From: Tubiluchus corallicola | Lineage: Eukaryota > Animalia > Priapulida | Direction of reading: 5' to 3' | DNA length: 64,000 bases | NCBI GenBank assembly: GCA_030141605.1 | Contig: JAQGDQ010000290.1 | Coordinates: forward strand, 1-64,000 | Made by a program: the position numbers and the translations under genes | Notes under the pieces: generated by a model | Database searches by the model: none | What the model was told of the DNA's origin: nothing | What the model saw: only the letters and a program-made list of their open reading frames with translations | In this document: positions 11,313 to 24,499 of the stretch, one piece after another | Layout: every line of letters starts with the position of its first letter | How positions within the stretch are numbered: the stretch's first letter is position 1

Positions 11313-13893
11313 ATCTTGACCACATGTACACAGTGTTTAGTGTGACGTTCTTCACCATGTACACAGTCTAGTGTGACGTTCTTCACCATGTACACAGTGT
11401 TTAGTGTGACGTTCTTCACCATGTGCACAGTCTAGTGTGACGTTCTTGACCATGTACACAGTCTAGTATGACGTTCTTCACCATATACACAGTCTAGTGT
11501 GACGTTCTTCACCATGTACACAGTGTCTAGTGTGACGTTCTTCACCATGTACACAGTCTAGTGTGACGTTCTTCACCACGTACACAGTCTAGCGTGACGT
11601 TCTTCACCATATACACAGTCTAGTGTGACGTTCTTCACCATGTACACAGTGTCTAGTGTGACGTTCTTCACCATGTACACTGTGTCTAGTGTGACGTTCT
11701 TCACCATGTACACAGTCTAGTGTGACCTTTTTCACCATGTACACAGTCTAGTGTGACGTTCTTCACCATGTACACAGTCTAGTGTGACGTTCTTCACCAT
11801 GTACACAGTGTCTAGTGTGACGTTCTTCACCACGTACACAGTCTAGTGTGACGTTCTTGACCATGTACACAGTCTAGTATGACGTTCTTCACCATATACA
11901 CAGTCTAGTGTGACGTTCTTCACCATGTACACAGTCTAGTGTGACGTTCTTCACCATGTACACAGTCTAGTGTGACGTTCTTGACCATGTACACAGTCTA
12001 GTATGACGTTCTTCACCATATACACAGTCTAGTGTGACGTTCTTCACCATGTACACAGTCTAGTGTGACGTTCTTCACCATGTACACAGTGTCTAGTGTG
12101 ACGTTCTTCACCATATACACAGTCTAGTGTGACGTTCTTCACCATGTACACAGTGTCTAGTGTGACGTTCTTCACCATGTACACAGTGTCTAGTGTGACG
12201 TTCTTCACCATGTACACAGTCTAGTGTGACGTTTTTCACCATGTACACAGTCTAGTGTGACGTTCTTCACCATGTACACAGTCTAGTGTGACGTTCTTCA
12301 CCATGTACACAGTGTCTAGTGTGACGTTCTTCACCATGTACGCAGTCTAGTGTGACGTTCTTCACCATATACACAGTCTAGTATGACGTTCTTTACCGTG
12401 TGTACAGTCTAGTGTGACGTTCTTCACCATGTGCGCTGTCTAGTACGACGTTCTTGACCATGTACACAGTCTAGTATGACGTTCTTCACCATATACACAG
12501 TCTAGTGTGACGCTCTTCACCATGTACACAGTCTAGTGTGACGTTCTTCACCTGTACACAGTGTCTAGTGTGACGTTCTTCACCATGTACGCAGTCTAGT
12601 GTGACGTTCTTCACCATGTGCACAGTCTAGTGTGACGTTTTTCACCATGTACACAGTGTCTAGTGTGACGTTCTTCACCATGCACACAGTCTAGTATGAC
12701 GTTCTTTACCGTGTGTACAGTCTAGTATGACGTTCTTCACTATGTGCACAGTCTAGTGTGACGTTCTTCACCATGTGTACAGTCTAGTGTGACGTTCTTC
12801 ACCATGTGTACAGTCTAGTGTGACGTTCTTCACCATGTGTACAGTCTAGTGTGACGTCTTCATCATGTGCACAGTCTAGTGTGACGTTCTTCACCATGTG
12901 CACAGTCTTTGTGACGTTCTTCACCATGTACACAGTGTCTAGTGTGACGTTCTTCACCATGTACACAGTGTCTAGTGTGACGTTCTTCACCATGCACACA
13001 GTCTAGTATGACGTTCTTCACCATGGACACAGTCTAGTGTGACGTTCTTCACCATGTGCGCTGTCTAGTACGATGTTCTTCACCATGGACACAGTCTAGT
13101 GTGACGTTTTTCACCATGTACACAGTGTCTAGTGTGACGTTCTTCACCATGCACACAGTCTAGTATGACGTTCTTTACCGTGTGTACAGTCTAGTATGAC
13201 GTTCTTCACTATGTGCACAGTCTAGTGTGACGTTCTTCACCATGTGTACAGTCTAGTGTGACGTTCTTCACCATGTACACAGTCTAGTGTGACGTTCTTC
13301 ACCATGTGCACAGTCTAGTGTGACGTTCTTCACCATGTACACAGCCTAGTGTAACGTTCTTCACCATGTACACAGTCTAGTGTGACGTTCTTCACCATGT
13401 ACACAGTCTAGTGTGACGTTCTTCACCATGTGCGCTGTCTAGTGTGACGTTCTTCACCATGTACACAGTCTAGTGTGACGTTCTTCACCATGTACACAGT
13501 CTAGTGTGACGTTCTTCACCATGTGCACAGTCTAGTACGACGTTCTTCACCATGGACACAGTCTAGTACGACGTTCTTCACCATGTGCACAGTCTAGTAT
13601 GACGTTCTTCACCATATACACAGTCTAGTGTGACGTTCTTCACCATGTGTACAGTCTAGTGTGACGTTCTTCACCATGGACACAGTCTAGTGTGACGTTC
13701 TTCACCATGTGTACAGTCTAGTGTGACGTTCTTCACCATGTACACAGTCTAGTATGACGTTCTTCACCATGGACACAGTCTAGTGTGACGTTCTTCACCA
13801 TGTGTACAGTCTAGTGTGATGTTCTTCACAATGTACACAGTCTAGTGTGATGTTCTTCACCATGTACACAGTGTCTAGTGTGACGTTCTTCAC
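11313..13893. repeat. 31/33-bp minisatellite (~80 copies)
   Basis: Unit ACAGT(GT)CTAGTGTGACGTTCTTCACCATGTAC. Confidence 0.97.
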
Positions 13894-15858
13894 TGTTCCA
13901 TCATCCTGTTTCCATACGGAGACAATGTGTGCAATATCAGTTGCATGGGAGAGTGACTCGCTCTAGATTGTTATGAGCCTTTTTCATACTCGCGATTGCT
14001 TTGCCTATAACCATACATCTAATTTTGGATGGTCAGTTTCTATCAATGATGTATCATTACACGTGGTTTTTCTTACTCCTAATAGGAACTTGATAAGCTA
14101 ACGTGATTTCACAACCCGTTGACAGACAGGCAGCTAACACTAAACTAATTTACAAAGGAAGTGTATCGAAACTAAAAAACAATGGAACATGCAAGAGGAT
14201 TGTTCTGTCGCATGTGCCAAAAACAGCATGTTAGTTTTTTGCATATTCGGTAGTAAAGAGCAATTAGTACATAACTACACAGGCTTATTTCTGTGCACTT
14301 TCAAAAATGTCTGAAACTCCTAGTGTAAATAGCTTACGCATCTAATTAACTATGTGTCCAAATGTCTTGCTTTCAAATATTCCATGTCTCGAAATAGCCT
14401 TGTGTCCAAATGTCTTGCGTCCAAATGGCCTGTGTCGAAATGTCTACACACCTTTGAGTGAACGGGCCAAATTTAAACCCAGTAGCTTACATTGGTTAAA
14501 CATTCCTTTGACTGAAGTTACGCAATGGCTAGCTTAGTCAGTAAATGGATGCATCAGCGAGCGGTTTTATCTACCATCTACCATACAGGCTATTTACGTC
14601 TTTCAGGAAGAATGCAAGTGCGTCTGAACGTGGTGTAAAATTTCTGTAGTGATTCATTGTGTCTCGTCTAAGAGAATCATTTTTGGCAATGGGCTAGGCT
14701 TTGACCCCACCATAAACATCGAGCAGATCCTGACGTCAAACAATGGAAACTAACACTTTTTAACCAGTTGCAATCCTTTTGCAACGTTCATTCTGAATTA
14801 TACCAAGTAAATAAAGAAATTAATCACGCTTGTTGTTGTACAATTGGGTGTATTTCTTTCTTTGGCAAAAATGTTCTGATAGGGGATGCTTTTTGTAAGT
14901 TCTCACTTAGAAGAAAGCTATTTGAATTGAATTGCTAATTGTAATTTGTAATTTTCGCTATAATATTTCGATAAATAAAAAACAAACCACATTTTACTGC
15001 AAGAAGCACGGTTTATTTATTTATTTACATAATATAGTACTGGAAACTATCTTGGAGAGTGCGAAATTTTATAAAAGGGGTGCGAAAATTTAGCTAAAGA
15101 CCCTTTTCACCAAAACTTGCTTACTTTCTTGGCTGATGAAGCCAACGAAGGAAGCCAAACAAGTAGGTTAATTGCGTAACCCTTGTATTCAATTTACTTA
15201 ATATCGAAGATTGCTTTTGTTCAGCCCTTAATTTGTGAAAAGTCTCAAACTGTAGAAGGACCGAAATCAACTCAAAGCGTTTATCTGCATATCAATTTTT
15301 CGGAACATTCCTACAGTAAGGATTGCTTTACTTGCGCAAAAAGATGGCCATACATTTGCGTTATTTTGTTTTCATTATGTTTTCATGGCGCCGTGTTGTG
15401 AAAGGAAACATATTTCACATTAGCAATATTATTATTCTGCCTTGGTTTTGTGTAGCAGTGTGCGTAATTTGAACATAACTAAACGATCTTGTCCCAGTCT
15501 ACACTGTACGTCAATAAAGTATTTGACTTGTCTGACATTTTTGCGACTTCCATATAAGGTCTATGGGCCAATTACTATTCTCTGTATCATGACAGTGGTT
15601 CTGAGTGCACATACCATGATCACTTATTGTCTAATATGAAAGAGCACTGGACCAATTTGAAAACTCAGTCGTAGCTGATAATTTGTAAGATCTTAATTTC
15701 ACGTTTCATTAACTTCAGCTAATCTGAAATGATGTTTACCAAAGAACGGTGCCAGTGATCATAATGTTTTTACGCAAAAGGCTATAATTATTCGTGATTT
15801 ATATTATACGCAGGATCAAAGAATATCGAGATTGCAGAGGAAACACGGGAAGAAAGAC

Positions 15859-16466
<608 letters not shown>

Positions 16467-16897
16467 CTTGTTATAACGCAACGTATCAAGAAATGCTACA
16501 TCCACTAAATTTCAAATTTATCCCAAGCGTACAAAGTGAATTTTAATAACTTTTCTAATTTTTCTAACATTATAATCTGTTTTTCTAATTTTTTATCCCC
16601 TTTTATTTTCAGAAGTAAAAAACCCAACAATCTTGAAGAAATGAATCGTGACATTACCCGTGTTAATGTATCACTCATCAGCTAATGGCCGTCTGCGCTG
16701 CGAATTGTGTCAATATGAGATATTAAAACATGCTTGATTCCAAATTAAATGCTTTTTCTCCTGATTTTTGTTTATTTGTAATTCGGGTTGTTATGTCGCC
16801 GTGCTTATCGTATTTGACATTTTTTACAGTCAAAACTTTGAAAACGAAGGTACGCATTTTTGATGAGTTTAACCAATTAGCTTCTTGTCCATAAATC

Positions 16898-17254
16898 TGT
16901 TGTGTTTCTTTCTCTCGGACGGCTCGTAGAAAAAACAAGAAAACACGTCAAATTAAACTGGTTTATTGTGTGAGAATTCCACAACAGACAAGTATGAAGG
17001 AACGCGAAATACGTACAGACAAGTGATAGTAAAATAGCATACGATAATCTAGGAATCTGAGATTAATCTGAGAATGTGAGAATACGAGAATAAACTTGAG
17101 CGGCCAGCTCCGCCGTATATATCAGTGCAAATGAACAATCTAGAAACTACTACGCGCATCGCGTATAGAAAGTTCTAGAATCTACGATTGCTTCTACAAG
17201 GTAAGAAGATTGGCTTTACCATACTATAGAACATTCTAGTGGATCTCCACAACA
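16898..17254 (-). mobile_element. Solo LTR (357 bp), BEL/Pao- or Gypsy-like
   Basis: Termini TGTTGTG...CACAACA with a perfect 5-bp TSD AAATC (16893-16897 and 17255-17259). On the minus strand a TATATA (~17117-17122) precedes AATAAA (16967-16962). Confidence 0.85.
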
Positions 17255-17549
17255 AAATCGCCGACGAAGGAGGAAATAAATCTGGATGAAAATGAGTACC
17301 ATTTTCTTGTCACATATATTACCTTTTAATTTCACTACTCACCACAAAAAAGAATCTATGAAAAGTATTACGTGTGCCCACATGAAAAGGCATCTCTCTC
17401 TCTCTCTCTCTCTCACAGCAAGGCAGATGCTACGATTGGTATGCAGGGCCTATTTCAAGGGGGGAAGTGGGATACTTCCCCGGGGCCTCACCCTCCAGGG
17501 GGCCTCGCGCCAAGGTAACATAATTTTTGCTTTTTGCGAACATACTGCC

Positions 17550-17557
17550 TCCTCTCT

Positions 17558-17641
<84 letters not shown>
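17550..17641. repeat. (CT)n microsatellite
   Basis: Read directly from the sequence. Confidence 0.95.
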
Positions 17642-17646
<5 letters not shown>

Positions 17647-19667
17647 ATAATAATTTATTTATGTATATATATATATAATTACTCTTGTAATTTTTTATTT
17701 CACTATCTTTCATTTCATTTTGTTTTACTGTATTTGCATTTTATATACCGTCTTATATTCGTCTTAGTTACCGAAATAAAAAATTTGAATTGAAAGAAAT
17801 TGAATTGAATTGAAAAACCACATGGTAACTATCCAATGGGACGACAAGTTTTTGTTTTGCCAGATTAACACTATTGCAGATTACAAGTGGCATCAATCTA
17901 CTGTCATGCTGTGAATGCTTATAAAATGTCTGTTATTACATAGTTAGAATTTGGAGTAGTCAATGGTTAGCATGAAAACACCGTGGTCAGCGCTGGTAAT
18001 ACCGTGACAGTTTTTTGAGGACCAAACTGTACATCTTGTACGGCCTACTAATAGCGCCATCTACTGCAGTTTTTTTGCTTTTTTGTTCAATAGATAGCAG
18101 CAAAATGTTGGACTTTGTTTTCTGCGGTAGCAGATTTTACGCCCGTTTTTGCTGTCACAGTGCACTTCATATAACTTCATATTCATTGCACCAAATACGC
18201 TACGCAATGCCCATGCAGCTCCGCCCACATGTTGACATTTTTGCATCTTGATTAGTTTTATGCGTCTTATTTAGTCGCAAACAGTAAATGAGGTACTTTT
18301 TCTAGAATAAGCTTACAATATGATCTTAGAAATGATTTTATTAATCCTATGCTTACTGACCGCTTACTATTTATTACTATAAAAATTTGTTCAAATATCA
18401 CATTGACAATAATCACAATTGTTCGTTGCAATAAGAAGTTTGCAATAAAGATGCCATTATTCACATGGTCGCCTGTAATTTCTTTTATTACAAATGACTA
18501 CTTCTGTAATTGAGAGAAAGCAGTGTTCTTCAACGAATCAAAAATCCACGAACTAGTTGCATTGAGATTATTAACTAGCTGCCATGTTTTGAACATTGGC
18601 CAGACAAATTTCTAACAATGATAGTTGCAAATGAAACGGTAGTTGTTTTGATCGATAAATCTGGTTTGGACAGAATCTGACGTGAAAATTTTCTTCACGT
18701 GTCGGACAGAATCCGGCGATTGAAAGTCTGCTGATGTCTTTGCAAAATGGATATTGGTTTCTTTGTTAACGGAGATTACCATGTCGCCTTCGCCCTATAC
18801 CGTTACTCCATTACCATATCATAAGGTTTAAAACGTCTCAAGTTGGTTGATTGGCAAAGAGCATTGATAGAGTGGTATTGACGTCCACTTGTTCAAAAAC
18901 AAACTCCTCATTAACGACTGCAATAAATTCATGACTGTTAACGAGCAGTCTTTACCACAGAAATGTCATAGGCGGGTGTCGGAGGGGAGGGGGGGGGGGG
19001 GGTGTGTTCGGTTGCCTTTCCAGGGCAAATGAATTGTACATTTTCAGAGCAAAAGTTGCTTATTTTCAGGGCAAATAATATTGTTTTACAATTTCAGAAT
19101 TTAAAATTTCAGTATTTAAAAATAGAATTAGACCTACCTGTTTTCATTGCCTGTAATTGAAGTGTTCCTTGTGTGACGAATTGTTTTTAACTTTTAATAA
19201 TTGCAATAATAATAATAATGGTAGTTATAATAATATTATAATAGATAGTTATAATAGTAGTTTAATAATAGTTATAATAGTGCCTGCTATCAATTTTAGA
19301 TCACCAAATCTCATAAATCTTTTTACAATTGTTAAGTTCATACTTCTCAATGTGCTGGCAAAGTTATAAACATGTTTGCAAAAGGAAAACATAAATCGCC
19401 ACCTTTGGATTTCCTTTGAATTTCCGAAACGTTAGAAAAAGTACAGTGAAAGCATTTGCATGTTTGTTCAATGAAAATGCAAACTTGGCTTGTACCTTGT
19501 TAGACTCCTCATTTTTTTAGTGAAAGTTATTATAATTTGAATGGCTTGCATTTGTATACTATTACTATTGCAATTGTTATCGGGTGCCAGGAGACGATTG
19601 CCCCTCCCCTCAAACTAAGGCAACTTAAAAAAAATTTTAAGGCAAGTTCCTTATGCCTCTCTTGTAA

Positions 19668-20695
19668 AACTTCTTCCCGTACGTCTATGCACAGAATGAA
19701 GAAGCATTCTACTCAGCAGCTAAAATACAGTATAACAGTATTGTACAACTTCTTCCCGTACGCCTATGCACAGAATGAAGAGGCATTCTACCCAGCAGCT
19801 AAAATACAGTATGACAGTATTGTACAACTTCCTCCTGTATGCCTATGCACAGAATGAAGAGGCATTCTACCCAGCAGCTAAAATACAGTATAACAGTATT
19901 GTACAACTTCTTCCCGTACGCCTATGCACAGAATGAAGAAGCATTCTACTCAGCAGCTAAAACACAGTATAACAGTATTGTACAACTTCCTCCTGTATGC
20001 CTATGCACAGAATGAAGAGGCATTCTACCCAGCAGCTAAAATACAGTATAACAGTATTGTACAACTTCCTCCTGTACGCCTATGCACAGAATGAAGAGGC
20101 ATTCTACCCAGCAGCTAAAATACAGTATAACAGTATTGTACAACTTCTTCCCGTACGCCTATGCACGGAATGAAGAAGCATTCTACCCAGCAGCTAAAAT
20201 ACAGTATAACAGTATTGTACAACTTCCTCCTGTACGCCTATGCACAGAATGAAGAAGCATTCTACCCAGCAGCTAAAATACAGTATAACAGTATTGTACA
20301 ACTTCCTCCTGTACGCCTATGCACAGAATGAAGAAGCATTCTACCCAGCAGCTAAAATACAGTATAACAGTATTGTACAACTTCTTCCCGTACGCCTATG
20401 CACAGAATGAAGAAGCATTCTACTCAGCAGCTAAAACACAGTATAACAGTATTGTACAACTTCCTCCCGTACGCCTATGCACAGAATGAAGAAGCATTCT
20501 ACCAAGCAGCTAAAATACAGTATAACAGTATTGTACAACTTCCTCCTATATGCCTATGCACAGAATGAAGAAGCATTCTACCCAGCAGCTAAAATACAGT
20601 ATAACAGTATTGTACAACTTCCTCCTGTACGCCTATGCACAGAATGAAGAAGCATTCTACCCAGCAGCTAAAATACAGTATAGCAGTATTGTACT
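19668..20695. repeat. 79-bp minisatellite (~13 copies)
   Basis: Unit ACTTCYTCCYGTACGCCTATGCACAGAATGAAGAAGCATTCTACCCAGCAGCTAAAATACAGTATAACAGTATTGTACA. Confidence 0.97.
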
Positions 20696-21029
20696 TCTTA
20701 TTCGAATTCGTGTTTTTATTTTATATGGTGATATCAGTTATATACACTCTATGCTATATATGTATATAATTCATTATACGAGGTTGTTCGATTCATGTCA
20801 GCACACTAATAATTAGACTGTTCTGTAAGACTCATCAATTAATAATGAACAAAAACTAATTAATAAATTACCATGGCAGTTTAATTAATTAATTAATTAA
20901 TAATTTACTATGTCAGAGCGAGAAATGCGAGTAATGCGAGAAATAAGAGTAAAAGAACAAAAAGTTAGTAAGAGAGTTTTGAGATCCTCTCTGCAGCAAT
21001 AAAACTAAATTAACATTTATAATCTTCAA

Positions 21030-21292
21030 TTAAAACATCATAGATCCGGCGTCTGTAAGTTCAGTTATGGAACTTCTGCGAGTGAACATTTGTTCAAGGT
21101 CCACTCCAGATAAAAACACAAAAACTATATTCACTCCAAAACAAGCGATTGGACACAACATCAGCCAAAATGACCAGCCCAATGTGCACACTTCTAACGT
21201 GTACTTATCGAAGTCACTCGATAAAAATCCATTGCTGAGATCTTTAATAAACACTCCAAGGTACATCATCATGGCAGCCATTACAAAAAATA
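21030..21292 (-). CDS. CLRN: Clarin-like protein, exon 4 (TM3-TM4 and stop)
   Basis: Acceptor TTTCAG at 21298-21293, phase 1. Reads (L)FFVMAAMMMYLGVF...TLGWSFWLMLCPIACFGVNIVFVFLSG...DAGSMMF*. The SFW..N..L..G pattern and a C-terminus like the DLMY of clarins fit the family. Confidence 0.88.
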
Positions 21293-21322
21293 CTGAAAGT
21301 AGATACAACAGGTAGTCTGCAT

Positions 21323-21711
21323 TAGGGGTGAGCATTCTCTACCAGAAAGCGAATTCGAATCGAACCGAATTTGTGACTTTCGAATTCGAACCGAATTCAA
21401 ATTGAGATTGAAAGATTTTCGAACTAGTTTTCGAACTACCAGTAAAAATTAGTCTTACAAAGATCATGCATATCATTAGATTTTGTTCTACAATAAAACA
21501 ACTAGTAATTGGTATAAAATTGTGCACAGAAATCACAGTTAAATCATGCTAATTGCATGATGTTTCAATCGTTTTAGTAATAAAGAACATATGTGATTGA
21601 AGTGCTGAATTATTCGAATCTATAGTTTTGGATTCCAATCGAGTTCGAACTAAAAAAACTCGTTCGAATCGAACTCGAGCGTTCGAATCGAACGTTCGAT
21701 GCTCACCCCTA
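21323..21711. mobile_element. hAT-like MITE in clarin intron 3
   Basis: Perfect 13-bp TIR TAGGGGTGAGCAT/ATGCTCACCCCTA, perfect 8-bp TSD GTCTGCAT (21315-21322 and 21712-21719), and many subterminal TTCGAA motifs. Confidence 0.92.
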
Positions 21712-22317
21712 GTCTGCATACACTAAGTGATCGAGCAACATAGAAAAATCCAAAAATTTTCATTTAAATAGCAGTACAATTTGACGAGGGTTTGTAATGT
21801 CTTTTTGAAAGATAATCCAGTAGGTTTTACGTTTGGCAGTTCTTCTTTAAAACTCACTTTGCTGTGGTACGTCAAAATTGAGGGTTTCTGTCAACCAAGG
21901 CTACTTGAATTACGTAAGATCAACAAAGTGGCATTAGATCATATACAAGCTTACATAATTTGTACATATTTGCTTACTAAACAAGCATAGTAACTTCTGT
22001 TTGGCATTAGCCGCATTGCCAGTTTTAAATCTACTTGTTTTTCTACTGCATAGAGCGCCTTGCTCGAGAACATAAACTGTGACATGGGTGATAAGATACG
22101 AGTGGTAGAGAAAAAAGTTTTTGTAAGTGTTCAACAATTTGTTGGGATGCCAGCAGCTTATGTCTTTACAATCTGGTTTGAATGGATGAATTAAATCATT
22201 TCAGTCACATTGGATGATTCAAGCTGAAGTAATACAATTGTTTGTTTTTCGTATGATATTACAAAACATATTGTTCACTGTTTCATTGCTCGTTGTCAAA
22301 GATAAAAAAATACTCAC

Positions 22318-22500
22318 ATCCCAAACCGTTCCAAGCGAACAGTCCCATTGGCCCATTAACAGTTTGTATGGGTATCATAATAATATTGATTAGGGCAAAT
22401 ATGGCGGAGACGAGCGCCCAGATCACAGCAATTCCTCCAAAGATGAAGAACAAGACATACATCGTGATTCCAAACAGTCCGTAGTCATGGTAACTAGCAT
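22318..22500 (-). CDS. CLRN: Clarin-like protein, exon 3 (TM2)
   Basis: CAG acceptor and GTGAGT donor, phase 1/1. Reads DASYHDYGLFG...SAIFALINIIMIPIQTVNGPMGLFAWNGLG, matching the clarin N...P.ET..GP.GLY motif. Confidence 0.9.
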
Positions 22501-22512
22501 CTGAAGAGAAAA

Positions 22513-22753
22513 AATTGTGAAGGAGTTCACAATTCCCCACACAATACCATAGCCCTAAGCCTAAACCTAACCCAGCCCTATCCCTAACCCAACCTCAACC
22601 CTAATCGAAACCTGCCCTAACCACAGCCCTAACCCTAACCTAACCCTGACCCTGACCCTGACCCTAACCCTAATCTTAACCCTTATTCCAGCCCTAATCT
22701 GCATCGCGAATTAATTTGTTGTGTATGGGGAATTGTAAACTTTTCCTATAATT
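22513..22753. mobile_element. Small inverted-repeat element enclosing degenerate telomeric (CCCTAA)n
   Basis: AATTGTGAAGGAGTTCACAATTCCCCA ... TGGGGAATTGTAAACTTTTCCTATAATT flank CCCTAA/CCCTGA hexamers at ~22552-22698. Confidence 0.7.
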
Positions 22754-23048
22754 TGAACTGCTTTTTTATATAATCTAGTGAACTTTCGTTTCCAGCTAGA
22801 AAACCTCATGTTCCGATGTTTATTTATAGTGTCTACGTTCTACATGAAGTATAGTAGAAATCACAATTTGAGCAGTACTTAGTAAACCAGTGTTAATTAT
22901 CACACTGGTTTATATATATGATATATATTATATATATTGGTTTACAAAAGTAGAAATGTAGGATTACAGTTTAGGCTCATACATTTTAAACTGATATAAT
23001 AACTGGCATTAAGGTCTAATGTGTGATAGCGGACTGTTCTCTTTCAGG

Positions 23049-23436
23049 CAGGACCGGCTTATGACCTTTTGGGGCCCCTATGTTAATGAAATTATGGGGT
23101 CCCTTCAGACGGATACGGCCCCTAATTTGCTCGAACTCGTCTCCAATATTTTTTACTTGTGGTGTATTTCACCAACATTTGCCTAGCTGGGGGACACAAT
23201 TTTCAAATAAAGGGCTCCAAAGAGGGGCCTTATCTCAAATAAAGGGCCCCTAGGAATCGTTTATCTCAAATGAGGAGCCACTTTAAAATAGGATTTTCAG
23301 ACTTCCTGGCCTCCTTGTTTAAAGTTTAAATTTTATTTTAAATTTTATATGAATTAATTAGTAATGCAAAGTATGCGCCCCAAGCTTGGGGCATTAAGCT
23401 GAAGCCCATACTAGCGTATAGGGTAATCCAACCCTG
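23049..23436. mobile_element. hAT-like MITE in clarin intron 2
   Basis: Imperfect TIR CAGGACCGGCTTA / TAATCCAACCCTG, 8-bp TSD CTTTCAGG / CTTTTAGG, and internal GGGCCCC motifs. Confidence 0.75.
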
Positions 23437-23459
23437 CTTTTAGGAGTTTTATAACTTAC

Positions 23460-23567
23460 CAGCATCTGTATTATTCTCGTATTTACTGATTTCGCTTTCT
23501 AGCTCTGCCTTTCGTTCATCTCTGTCATCTTTCTCACTGTATAAACACCAGCCATTCCCGCAAACCA
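23460..23567 (-). CDS. CLRN: Clarin-like protein, exon 2 (extracellular loop, 108 bp)
   Basis: TTTTTCAG acceptor and GTAAGT donor, phase 1/1. Reads VVCGNGWCLYSEKDDRDERKAELESEISKYENNTDA and keeps the frame between exons 1 and 3. Confidence 0.8.
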
Positions 23568-24094
23568 CTGAAAAACAAGTCAACATTAATTTTACCCGGT
23601 TCTTCAAGAAAACGATAATTACAAGTAGATCTCCACTGTTTTGAATATATTTTGGATTTATTTTCACAAAAAGCAATGTACATTTAATGATAGGTAACAA
23701 TTATTAGAAAATGAAATGCCAAAAAATGATTGCTTATAATAACATGCTTCAACGTGTGCTGAAAGAAAATCTTGTAAGCACAACATTGATAGTGAGAAAG
23801 GGTTAGGAAAGAGAAGGCAGGATGTAAAATTAGGGTGTGTATAGAGAAGAATGCGATTAGAGATGCAGGTTAGTCAAGGGAGATTAAGTAACGTAAAGTG
23901 TACATTATATATAAGAAAACTCGTATGGTTAAAAACATTATATTATTTGCTGCTTACCAAAATACATATAAGTTATCAACATTAGATTATTTACATAATG
24001 CCATACGTTACATAACTACTTATTAAAATATACATAACAGGCGACAATGCCGAACGCGTAACAATTGACAAAGATATACTATATATCCTTACAT

Positions 24095-24175
<81 letters not shown>

Positions 24176-24181
24176 CACACA
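24095..24181. repeat. (CA)n/(CGCA)n microsatellite in clarin intron 1
   Basis: Read directly from the sequence. Confidence 0.95.
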
Positions 24182-24273
24182 TCTCCCAGTCAAAATAATG
24201 TAAGCTACGATTGAAAAATACGGCAGGAAAAAGTTGAAACATACTGGACTCTATCAGAGACAAAAGAACTTAC

Positions 24274-24499
24274 CACGGAAGTTTTGCTCTTCCGGAGGAA
24301 GAATTGGCGCCTTGAAAGTTCCATTCCCGGCAAAAATGCCTAAAACAACATCGCTTGTATAATTAACATTACGGGACAAAGTCGATTCTAGCCAGTGTTG
24401 AGTTCCAACTGAAGTTGCTACAAGCGCCACTGCTGCTAAACTAAGTAATATTATAATAAAAAAATACGTTCGTTGTTGTCTCCTACTAGCCGCGGGCAT
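24274..24499 (-). CDS. CLRN: Clarin-like protein, exon 1 (start and TM1)
   Basis: Reads MPAASRRQQRTYFFIIILLSLAAVALVATSVGTQHWLEST...GIFAG, matching the clarin GT..W and GLF.G motifs. GTAAGT donor at 24273. The four exons total 780 nt (259 aa plus stop). Confidence 0.9.
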
